The notes under the pieces: generated by a model
Told to the model about the DNA's origin: nothing
Database searches by the model: none
What the model saw: only the letters and a program-made list of their open reading frames with translations
Assembly (NCBI RefSeq): GCF_030169335.1
Contig: NZ_CP104613.1
DNA: 32,000 nt
Source of the DNA: Escherichia coli
GTDB lineage: Bacteria; Pseudomonadota; Gammaproteobacteria; Enterobacterales; Enterobacteriaceae
Reading direction: 5' to 3' (one strand)
Program-made: the position numbers and the translations under genes
Part shown: positions 19,309 to 26,976 of the stretch, in pieces
How positions within the stretch are numbered: the stretch's first letter is position 1
How the letters are laid out: the number at the start of each line of letters is the position of its first letter

Positions 19309-20604
19309 TTATAAATCAGCAGTTGTTGCGGCACCGAAAAATGTAAAAGCGACTTTATCAATTTTGGAGTTTTGTTCGTCGATCCTACCGGTAGTAAAAT
19401 AACGAACACACTGAAGATTAACTTCATTTTCATTTTTATTAACCGCCATCAAATATATCTTCTGACTAAACCCATTCATAGTAAAATCCATTTCATTAAG
19501 ATACTTTCCAGACCCAAAAAAAGCATTTCCTGATTTTTTTAAATCCGTTGTAAATAAAATGAAACTATCAAAACTCTTTGAGAGTAACTCGCGAACATCT
19601 TGAGATGTGTGTTGTAAGCGACTCTGATAGCCTTGTGCGGAAGAATAATAAAAACATGTAATCCCCTGACGGCTGGCTAAGCAAGCGACTATTTCATCAA
19701 TCTTATCATCCGTAATGTTACCGTTTGATTTTTTTAATAATTCTCTTACCCGAGCACAATCATCATCTTTAAAGCAAACCTGTGCAACCAATTGTTCAGG
19801 TGTCTTTTGACTATAATTTGGATCTTTTTCAATTGTTTCAATTTTCTCTGCAAATATTTTAAGAATATCTTTACTTAACTCAACACCACAGCAAGTTATT
19901 TTTGCAGCACCACTTGGTTTAGTTTGTTCTTTTATACATCTATGAGCATCCATAGTCATAGAGTGTAAATAATCCTCAGTAATATCAATTTTTTCCTGAA
20001 CAGGTAAATGCCCCTCATCTTTTTGAATTCGCAGGTTTAATAAATCATATGTATTACTCACAATGTCTGCAGGCATTTCGTAACTACAATCCGTATTCAT
20101 CATAACAATACTATTAACTAATTTTTTCCTCAAAACCGTGTCAGCAGAATGTGTTTCTAACGCAGCAGTTTTTTCAGACAGCGATTTGATAATAGTCGCT
20201 ACAGCCACTCCAGAATATGATGTATTCCCCAATATTTCTTTTATGTTATTTTTACCTGCACCAACCTGAAAAACATTAAAGGATTTGCCACCTGTTTGTT
20301 CAATTACGGTGTATTCGTTCTCTCCAGTTGCCGCCATCCAGGTACGATTACCATTATTTTCAGTGCCTGGCATAGGGTGAAAATAGTTAAGGATTTCGGT
20401 ATTAACACTGCGAGAGCCGGACATAATATTTGCTATTAAGCGTTTTATTTCCTGCAACATCCATTTTGCGAAATTACTGCCAGGTGAATATTTTTTCTCG
20501 TTATTTGTGATATTAAGCTCAGCAGCAACAACTCTATTTTTATCCAAAAAGGTGGAAGGGCTGGGATTTGACATCATTGTTCCGCTGTTTATAGGGCTTG
20601 CCAT
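19309..20604 (-). CDS. Uncharacterised 431-aa protein (paralogue B of the uhpA-ilvN island)
   Basis: ATG at 20604 (MASPINSGTMMSNPSPSTF...) preceded by GTGAGG at ~6 nt. Blocks such as YFHPMPGTENNGNRTWMAATGENEYTVIEQTGGKSF align with YFHVTPESQDSNNKIWIAVTGLNSYVKIEQVGSDRF of paralogue A. Confidence 0.85.
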   Translation of the reverse strand: MASPINSGTMMSNPSPSTFLDKNRVVAAELNITNNEKKYSPGSNFAKWMLQEIKRLIANIMSGSRSVNTEILNYFHPMPGTENNGNRTWMAATGENEYTVIEQTGGKSFNVFQVGAGKNNIKEILGNTSYSGVAVATIIKSLSEKTAALETHSADTVLRKKLVNSIVMMNTDCSYEMPADIVSNTYDLLNLRIQKDEGHLPVQEKIDITEDYLHSMTMDAHRCIKEQTKPSGAAKITCCGVELSKDILKIFAEKIETIEKDPNYSQKTPEQLVAQVCFKDDDCARVRELLKKSNGNITDDKIDEIVACLASRQGITCFYYSSAQGYQSRLQHTSQDVRELLSKSFDSFILFTTDLKKSGNAFFGSGKYLNEMDFTMNGFSQKIYLMAVNKNENEVNLQCVRYFTTGRIDEQNSKIDKVAFTFFGAATTADL

Positions 20605-20763
20605 AATATACCTCACGATGAACCATTAATTAATAGAATGCTGGTCATGACCATTGGTATAGACAGCAATCAGAATTTAACACCATCGCTGGAAATTTTA
20701 GCCCTAACTGTGACCCCCCAAATTACTGGTGCAGCGACTTAAATTAACATTCAGGGCTAATAA

Positions 20764-20792
20764 ATTGTGCCTGAGATGGTCTCTGGCACAAT
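20764..20792 (-). terminator. Strong hairpin downstream of ilvN, possible ilvBN terminator
   Basis: ATTGTGCCTGAGA-TGG-TCTCTGGCACAAT, 13-bp stem with one mismatch, followed on the minus strand by TTATTAG. Confidence 0.5.
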
Positions 20793-20816
20793 TTCACCCT
20801 ATATATCTTAACGGAT

Positions 20817-20834
20817 CTATCAAAAATCGCTCAT
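20817..20834. repeat. 18-bp repeat copy upstream of paralogue B
   Basis: CTATCAAAAATCGCTCAT, identical to 18143..18160. Confidence 0.9.
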
Positions 20835-20866
20835 CAGTCCCCCCCCGAGCGGTTTAATGTCGCTCC

Positions 20867-21157
20867 TTACTGAAAAAACACCGCAATCTTGTTAAACATC
20901 GTCGGATCGGACTGATTACGCTGCACTTTCACCACATCTTCCAGCTTGTCTATCTGGCTTATCATCTGCTCCAGACGCTGGTCGTCATTGACCAGTAGCC
21001 AAATGTGGCTTTTGTCGCTGTCCTGAATCGGCAAGCAAAGAATGCCCTCAACGTTAAAAGCGCGACGGGCAAAAAGGCCACAAACGTGGGTCATCACGCC
21101 CGGATGGTTGCGAACGGTGAGTTCCAGAATCACGTTGTCATGAGTTGTGTTTTGCAT
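20867..21157 (-). CDS. ilvN: Acetolactate synthase I small subunit
   Basis: 96 aa with ACT domain; recognised. Confidence 0.97.
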
Positions 21158-21160
21158 GGC

Positions 21161-22849
21161 TTATTCCCCCACCATTTCAGTATTCGCCGCACCTGGCGGC
21201 ACCATCGGGTACACTTTTTCTTCGGCATCAATACGCACATGGATCAGCGCCGGACCAGGGCGATTGATGATTTCTTGCAATGCAGCCTGCGGATCGGCTT
21301 CGTTATTCAAATCACAGGTTTCGAGACCGAATCCGGCGGCAATCTGCATAAAGTTGATTTTTCCCGGATAGGTAGCGGCAAAAACGCCCTGCTTGTAGAA
21401 CAGACTCTGTTGCTGATGCACCAGCCCCAGCGCTTCGTTGTTCATCAGAATGATTTTGACATCCAGCTGGTTTTCACTGGCGGTCGCCATCTCCTGAATA
21501 TTCATCATCAGGCTGCCGTCGCCGGAGAAACACAACACTTTGCGATCCGGGTTCGCCAACGCCGCGCCAATCGCCGCCGGCAGCCCAAAGCCCATCGTGC
21601 CCAGCCCGCCAGAGGTCAGCCACTGGCGTGGGCGATTGAGCGGATAGGCTTGCGCGGTCCACATCTGATGCTGACCAACGTCGGTGGTGATAATCGCATT
21701 GTCATCGACACAGGCGGCAACGGCGTTGATCAGGCCGTAATGGCTTAATGGATCGCACGCTTTCGGGATTGGACACGGAAATTCGCGCTGCAAATCCGCC
21801 ACCAACTGGTGCCACTCTGCACGCGGTTGCGCTTCCACCAGCGGGATCAACTGCGCCAGCACGTCATCAACATCCGCCTGAATCGCCACATGCGGTTGCT
21901 TGATTTTACCCAGCTCTGCGCGGTCGATATCGACATGAATAATTTTGGCATTCGGGCAGAACTGCTCGGTTTTGCCAATCGCCCGGTCATCAAAACGCGC
22001 ACCGAGCACAATCAACAAATCCGCCTCCTGCAAAATATGGTTGGTGCTGCGCACGCCGTGCATCCCCAGCATACCCAGCGACAGCGGATGCGCTTTTGGC
22101 AGCATACCCAGCGCCATTAAGGTCATGGTAGTTGGCAGTTGCGCTTTCTCCGCCAGTTCACGCACCCGCGCAGGCGCATTGATCACTCCGCCGCCCAGAT
22201 AAAGCACCGGGCGTTTGGCGGCGTTAATCATTGTAGCTGCGTCACGAATGCTTTCTTCGCTAAAGGCAGGTGCGGCGGCTTTTTCTGCCATAGCGGGCTG
22301 TGCTTCAATCTCAAAAACCGCCGTTTGCACATCCTTAGGAATGTCTATCCACACCGGGCCAGGGCGGCCTGATTGCGCAATGCGAAAGGCATCGCTCATG
22401 ACCTGCGGGAGTTCTTCGATATGTCTGACCAGATAGTTGTGTTTGGTGATGGGGATAGAGATGCCGTAGGTGTCGACTTCCTGGAAGGCGTCGGTGCCGA
22501 TCATCGAGGCGGGAACCTGACCAGTGATGCAAATCAGCGGGATGGAGTCCAGCCGCGCATCGGCAATGGCGGTCACCAGGTTAGTCGCACCCGGCCCGCT
22601 ACAGGCCATACAGACCGCCGGTTTACCGTCGGTGCGCGCCATTCCCTGAGCGATAAACCCCGCGCCCTGTTCATGGCGAGCCAGAATATGGCGGATTTGC
22701 GTGCTTTGGCTTAAGGCATCGTAAACAGGCAGGATAGAACCGCCCGGAATGCCCGTCACAATCTTAATGCCCTGCTGTTCCAGGAAATGAACGATAAATT
22801 CTGCGCCGGTAAAGCGCTTACGCGTCGATGATGTGCCCGAACTTGCCAT
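21161..22849 (-). CDS. ilvB: Acetolactate synthase I large subunit
   Basis: 562 aa TPP enzyme; recognised. Confidence 0.98.
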   Translation of the reverse strand: MASSGTSSTRKRFTGAEFIVHFLEQQGIKIVTGIPGGSILPVYDALSQSTQIRHILARHEQGAGFIAQGMARTDGKPAVCMACSGPGATNLVTAIADARLDSIPLICITGQVPASMIGTDAFQEVDTYGISIPITKHNYLVRHIEELPQVMSDAFRIAQSGRPGPVWIDIPKDVQTAVFEIEAQPAMAEKAAAPAFSEESIRDAATMINAAKRPVLYLGGGVINAPARVRELAEKAQLPTTMTLMALGMLPKAHPLSLGMLGMHGVRSTNHILQEADLLIVLGARFDDRAIGKTEQFCPNAKIIHVDIDRAELGKIKQPHVAIQADVDDVLAQLIPLVEAQPRAEWHQLVADLQREFPCPIPKACDPLSHYGLINAVAACVDDNAIITTDVGQHQMWTAQAYPLNRPRQWLTSGGLGTMGFGLPAAIGAALANPDRKVLCFSGDGSLMMNIQEMATASENQLDVKIILMNNEALGLVHQQQSLFYKQGVFAATYPGKINFMQIAAGFGLETCDLNNEADPQAALQEIINRPGPALIHVRIDAEEKVYPMVPPGAANTEMVGE

Positions 22850-22897
22850 GCTCCAGTCCTTTTTTTCTGGGCCGACTTTCCGGGAGGTGCTTAAACG

Positions 22898-22931
22898 AAA
22901 AACCCCGCCCGGTTTGCGCCGGCGGGGTTTT
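22898..22931 (-). terminator. ilvBN attenuator terminator
   Basis: AAAACCCCGCCGGCGCAAACCGGGCGGGGTTTTT on the minus strand between ivbL and ilvB. Confidence 0.9.
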
Positions 22932-22954
22932 GGAATCGTGTGTTGTTCCAGTCC

Positions 22955-23053
22955 CTACGGCGCATTGCCGACGACCACCACCACACGCACGACGACCACT
23001 GCGGCGGATGGCGCAGTTGGTAGTAGTTTTGCGTTGAACATGGAAGTAGTCAT
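22955..23053 (-). CDS. ivbL: ilvBN operon leader peptide IvbL
   Basis: Manual minus-strand translation gives MTTSMFNAKLLPTAPSAAVVVVRVVVVVGNAP*, a Val-rich 32-aa attenuator peptide. Confidence 0.95.
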   Translation of the reverse strand: MTTSMFNAKLLPTAPSAAVVVVRVVVVVGNAP

Positions 23054-23181
23054 TGGGGACCTTGTTGGTTTTGTGTTTAACAATATTTATACAAGCACAG
23101 CTTTACAGGGGAGACAATGGAAAATTTTTCAGCAAGGGAAAATTGAGGGGTTGATCACGTTTTGCACTGAATTGCAGGTAA

Positions 23182-23257
23182 CAAAAAACCCCGCCGGAGC
23201 GAGGTTTCGTCAGCCACCAGCGGCTGGTAACCGCAAAGCACACTGTATTATGTCAAC
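23182..23257 (-). ncRNA. istR: IstR-1 antisense sRNA (inhibitor of tisB)
   Basis: Minus strand GTTGACATAATACAGTGTGCTTTGCGGTTACCAGCCGCTGGTGGCTGACGAAACCTCGCTCCGGCGGGGTTTTTTG. Confidence 0.9.
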
Positions 23258-23363
23258 ACTGAAAGTATACCTGTTCCGCGCAGAACGCGCAATTTCGGCA
23301 CGAATTTTGACGTATTTAGTACATAGTTGAGTATCGATCACAGTTTGCGTTTTGTCTAAATAT

Positions 23364-23383
23364 TACTGTTTATTTATACAGTA
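23364..23383. promoter_or_regulatory. LexA box of the tisB/istR locus
   Basis: TACTGTTTATTTATACAGTA fits the CTG-N10-CAG SOS box consensus. Confidence 0.88.
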
Positions 23384-23494
23384 AACTTCTATAATATCAC
23401 TGTACGCAATGTGTTATGCGGGGGCCGCATCGTTACCCGGCGCACTAAGTCCTGGCTGAAACGGGTGGTGCCGTCAGCGCCTTAACCCCGCGTG

Positions 23495-23515
23495 AGCACA
23501 CTGTGTTATGTCAAC
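23495..23515 (+). promoter_or_regulatory. IstR-1 target region in the tis mRNA
   Basis: AGCACACTGTGTTATGTCAAC is complementary to the 5' part of IstR-1 with one G-U-type difference (AGCACACTGTATTATGTCAAC at 23237..23257). Confidence 0.85.
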
Positions 23516-23617
23516 AAGCACAACGTTTCTCCTTGAGATACCGCGTGCGCAACAGCTGGCAACAGGCAGCGGAAAGGTACGTCAGCTGGCAGTGCTCCTG
23601 AACCACAGGAGACGCGT

Positions 23618-23707
23618 ATGAGCCTGATGGATATCGCCATTCTTATCCTCAAACTCATTGTTGCAGCACTGCAACTACTTGATGCTGTTCTGAAATACCT
23701 GAAGTAA
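23618..23707 (+). CDS. tisB: SOS-induced type I toxin TisB
   Basis: MSLMDIAILILKLIVAALQLLDAVLKYLK*, 29 aa. Confidence 0.95.
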   Translation: MSLMDIAILILKLIVAALQLLDAVLKYLK

Positions 23708-23726
23708 TTCAGATTCAAGTCGCACC

Positions 23727-23756
23727 AAAGGGGAGCGGGTAACCGCTCCCCTTTTA
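23727..23756 (+). terminator. tisB terminator
   Basis: AAAGGGGAGCGGGTAACCGCTCCCCTTTTA. Confidence 0.88.
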
Positions 23757-23986
23757 TATTTAGCGTGTGAGTTGGTGTCGGATGCGATGCTGACGCATCT
23801 TCTCCGACCTACCATCCCTTCCGGCAACATTTATTGCCGCTTTTGTTTACATATTCTGCCGCTAAACAATTCCCCATTCCTGGCGTATATCTGGCTAACA
23901 TTTATCAATGTGATAGATTCCTCTCCCGCATTTATGGGAATGCGTAGTGACTTATTCTAATTATTTTTATAAAAGCATCCGTGATA

Positions 23987-25171
23987 ATGAAAAGGCATAG
24001 AAACGTCAATTTGTTATTGATGTTGGTATTACTCGTGGCCGTCGGTCAGATGGCGCAAACCATTTATATTCCAGCTATTGCCGATATGGCGCGCGATCTC
24101 AACGTCCGTGAAGGGGCGGTGCAGAGCGTAATGGGCGCTTATCTGCTGACTTACGGTGTCTCACAGCTGTTTTATGGCCCGATTTCCGACCGCGTGGGTC
24201 GTCGACCGGTGATCCTCGTCGGAATGTCCATTTTTATGCTGGCAACGCTGGTCGCGGTCACGACCTCCAGTTTGACGGTATTGATTGCCGCCAGCGCGAT
24301 GCAGGGGATGGGCACCGGCGTTGGCGGCGTAATGGCGCGTACTTTGCCGCGTGATTTATATGAACGGACACAGTTGCGCCATGCTAACAGCCTGTTAAAC
24401 ATGGGGATTCTTGTCAGTCCGTTGCTCGCACCGCTAATCGGCGGTCTGCTGGATACGATGTGGAACTGGCGCGCCTGTTATCTCTTTTTGTTGGTTCTTT
24501 GTGCTGGTGTGACTTTCAGTATGGCCCGCTGGATGCCGGAAACGCGTCCGGTCGACGCACCGCGCACGCGCCTGCTTACCAGTTATAAAACGCTTTTCGG
24601 TAACAGCGGTTTTAACTGTTATTTGCTGATGCTGATTGGCGGTCTGGCCGGGATTGCCGCCTTTGAAGCCTGCTCCGGCGTGCTGATGGGCGCGGTATTA
24701 GGGCTGAGCAGTATGACGGTCAGTATTTTGTTTATTCTGCCGATTCCGGCGGCATTTTTTGGGGCATGGTTTGCCGGACGTCCCAATAAACGCTTCTCAA
24801 CGTTGATGTGGCAGTCGGTTATCTGCTGCCTGCTGGCTGGCTTACTGATGTGGATCCCCGACTGGTTTAGCGTGATGAATGTCTGGACGCTGCTTGTTCC
24901 CGCCGCGCTGTTCTTTTTCGGTGCCGGGATGCTGTTTCCGCTGGCGACCAGCGGCGCGATGGAGCCGTTCCCCTTCCTGGCGGGCACGGCTGGCGCGCTG
25001 GTCGGCGGTCTGCAAAACATTGGTTCCGGCGTGCTGGCGTCGCTCTCAGCGATGTTGCCGCAAACCGGTCAGGGCAGCCTGGGGTTGTTGATGACCTTAA
25101 TGGGATTGTTGATCGTGCTGTGCTGGCTACCGCTGGCAACGCGGATGTCGCATCAGGGGCAGCCCGTTTAA
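23987..25171 (+). CDS. emrD: Multidrug efflux MFS transporter EmrD
   Basis: 394 aa from MKRHRNVNLLLMLVL; recognised. Confidence 0.96.
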   Translation: MKRHRNVNLLLMLVLLVAVGQMAQTIYIPAIADMARDLNVREGAVQSVMGAYLLTYGVSQLFYGPISDRVGRRPVILVGMSIFMLATLVAVTTSSLTVLIAASAMQGMGTGVGGVMARTLPRDLYERTQLRHANSLLNMGILVSPLLAPLIGGLLDTMWNWRACYLFLLVLCAGVTFSMARWMPETRPVDAPRTRLLTSYKTLFGNSGFNCYLLMLIGGLAGIAAFEACSGVLMGAVLGLSSMTVSILFILPIPAAFFGAWFAGRPNKRFSTLMWQSVICCLLAGLLMWIPDWFSVMNVWTLLVPAALFFFGAGMLFPLATSGAMEPFPFLAGTAGALVGGLQNIGSGVLASLSAMLPQTGQGSLGLLMTLMGLLIVLCWLPLATRMSHQGQPV

Positions 25172-25178
25172 GCGCACA

Positions 25179-25676
25179 TCACCGCAGCATCGTCATCAGC
25201 TCCATGGGAGAACGATGCTGCTTTATCAGATCACGCATCACCCGCATATGCGGTGCGGTGTAAGAATAAAACGCCTGATAGCCCGCACATAGCATGCTGT
25301 CTGGCGTCTCCTCCCGAGCGTGCGGACACAGCCGATGCCAGTCGCACGCCTGGCAGTCACGGCGCGGGTGTGGGTTTTCGCTGCCACACCATTTTTGTAA
25401 AGTGGCATCAAAAAGCTCAATCGAAATACGACTGATATCTGCCCGCACCCAACACTCAAACAGGGCAATTAAAAATTTCCCCCACAGCTCTGCTGTCACC
25501 GAAGCGGGCGTCAGATCGCCCAGTTCATCAAATTCAAGATGGGGAATGAGCTGTACGGAGCGGATGCCCCGTTGTTTGAAATTGTGATAAAAATCGGCAG
25601 GTTGCAGAGTATCCTTATACTCTACAACCAGTTTATGCCTGTCCTCTTCAGCATCAATGACCTGACTTCCTGTCAT
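25179..25676 (-). CDS. yidF: YidF, putative radical-SAM/SPASM-associated protein of unknown function
   Basis: 165 aa with Cys motifs (CDWHRLCPHARE); position between emrD and yidG. Confidence 0.85.
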   Translation of the reverse strand: MTGSQVIDAEEDRHKLVVEYKDTLQPADFYHNFKQRGIRSVQLIPHLEFDELGDLTPASVTAELWGKFLIALFECWVRADISRISIELFDATLQKWCGSENPHPRRDCQACDWHRLCPHAREETPDSMLCAGYQAFYSYTAPHMRVMRDLIKQHRSPMELMTMLR

Positions 25677-26035
25677 GCGACTCTCTCAATAAATACGATA
25701 AGTTGATGTATATGCGTTACAGCAAACAGTATTGCGAGAGATAACACCGCGAGGGAGATCAAAAATTTGTCACGGACTACGTGAAATTGGGAAAAATCGC
25801 TATTCGTGACATCCATTAAATTGCGATTACGAGTGTAGTGCCAGAGGATCAGCGCCACGATGGCGAGGATGCCAATCGAAATCCAGAATAACATGCCCGC
25901 CTGGTGCCAGTTGTGTTTGATAGCCAACGCCATCAACGCGCCGTAGCCCAGCATGGTACGAAACCACGCCAGTGATGTACGCTCCGGCTGCAGCCCTGGG
26001 TCGGCAATGCGTCTGGCTTTGCGGCTATCCGGCAT
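25673..26035 (-). CDS. yidG: DUF202 inner membrane protein YidG
   Basis: 120 aa, ERTSLAWFRTMLGYGALMALA. Confidence 0.93.
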   Translation of the reverse strand: MPDSRKARRIADPGLQPERTSLAWFRTMLGYGALMALAIKHNWHQAGMLFWISIGILAIVALILWHYTRNRNLMDVTNSDFSQFHVVRDKFLISLAVLSLAILFAVTHIHQLIVFIERVA

Positions 26036-26372
26036 ACAACACCAGTCCCATAACGATCACCGCCACGACCATCAATATTAAGCTGATGATTAATAAGCTG
26101 TTAGTGTAAGGCAGGTCCTCTTTCAGACGCATCGCTTTTTCATTGCGTAACCAGCGCAGGTAGCCATACATCGCTAACCCGCCGGAAAACAGACACAACA
26201 ACAACGCCAGCAGTTCGCGAATGACGGGCGTGGCGAAATCTGGCGCAAGTTGATCAAGACCAACCCCCGCCGCCAGAAATCCTAGTGCGGTACGGATCCA
26301 CGCCAGAAAAGTACGCTCATTAGCCAGCGAGAAGCGGTAATCGGGCGCTTCTCCGAGGCGGGAAATTTTCAT
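26025..26372 (-). CDS. yidH: DUF202 inner membrane protein YidH
   Basis: 115 aa, NERTFLAWIRTALGFLAAGVGL. Confidence 0.93.
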   Translation of the reverse strand: MKISRLGEAPDYRFSLANERTFLAWIRTALGFLAAGVGLDQLAPDFATPVIRELLALLLCLFSGGLAMYGYLRWLRNEKAMRLKEDLPYTNSLLIISLILMVVAVIVMGLVLYAG

Positions 26373-26480
26373 TGTTGCTCCTTTGCAATTTCACTAACGC
26401 TCTACCTTTAGCGGTTTTTTTTAAGAATTTCGTCCGCCCGTTTCCTGATATGCTTTTGCCATCCGCTACAAGGAGGTCAG

Positions 26481-26930
26481 ATGGGTATCATAGCGCAAAA
26501 TAAAATCAGTTCATTGGGCATGCTGTTCGGTGCCATCGCTTTAATGATGGGGATTATCCACTTTTCATTCGGCCCTTTTTCCGCACCACCGCCAACGCTT
26601 GAAAGCATCGTGGCGGACAAAACGGCTGAAATTAAAAGAGGTCTTCTCGCCGGAATAAAAGGCGAAAAAATTACCACCGTGGAGAGAAAAGAGGACGTGG
26701 ATGTCGATAAAATCCTCGATCAAAGCGGTATCGCACTGGCCATTGCTGCGCTACTTTGCGCATTTATTGGCGGTATGCGTAAGGAAAATCGCTGGGGCAT
26801 TCGCGGCGCGCTGGTTTTTGGCGGCGGGACGCTGGCTTTCCATACCTTGCTTTTTGGTATCGGCATCGTGTGCAGCATTTTGCTGATATTCCTTATCTTT
26901 TCCTTCCTGACCGGCGGTTCACTGGTTTAA
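26481..26930 (+). CDS. yidI: Inner membrane protein YidI
   Basis: 149 aa; synteny and sequence recognised. Confidence 0.9.
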   Translation: MGIIAQNKISSLGMLFGAIALMMGIIHFSFGPFSAPPPTLESIVADKTAEIKRGLLAGIKGEKITTVERKEDVDVDKILDQSGIALAIAALLCAFIGGMRKENRWGIRGALVFGGGTLAFHTLLFGIGIVCSILLIFLIFSFLTGGSLV

Positions 26931-26976
26931 GCAGCCTGAATAATGCCCGCCGGGTGATCATCAGCGGGCATTATCG

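Noticed and set aside
20706-20730. Sequence TGTGACCCCCCAAATTACTGG considered as an IS3-family terminal repeat
   Set aside because: Only loosely similar to such ends, with no matching partner end or transposase fragment nearby.
22955-23053. Low-complexity GAC/CAC/CCA repeats that look like a microsatellite or short tandem repeat
   Set aside because: On the minus strand this is the Val-codon run of the IvbL leader peptide, part of the known ilvBN attenuator.
23182-23515. Inverted/direct similarity between 23237..23257 and 23495..23515 that could look like a novel repeat pair
   Set aside because: Explained by the known IstR-1 antisense pairing site in the tis transcript.
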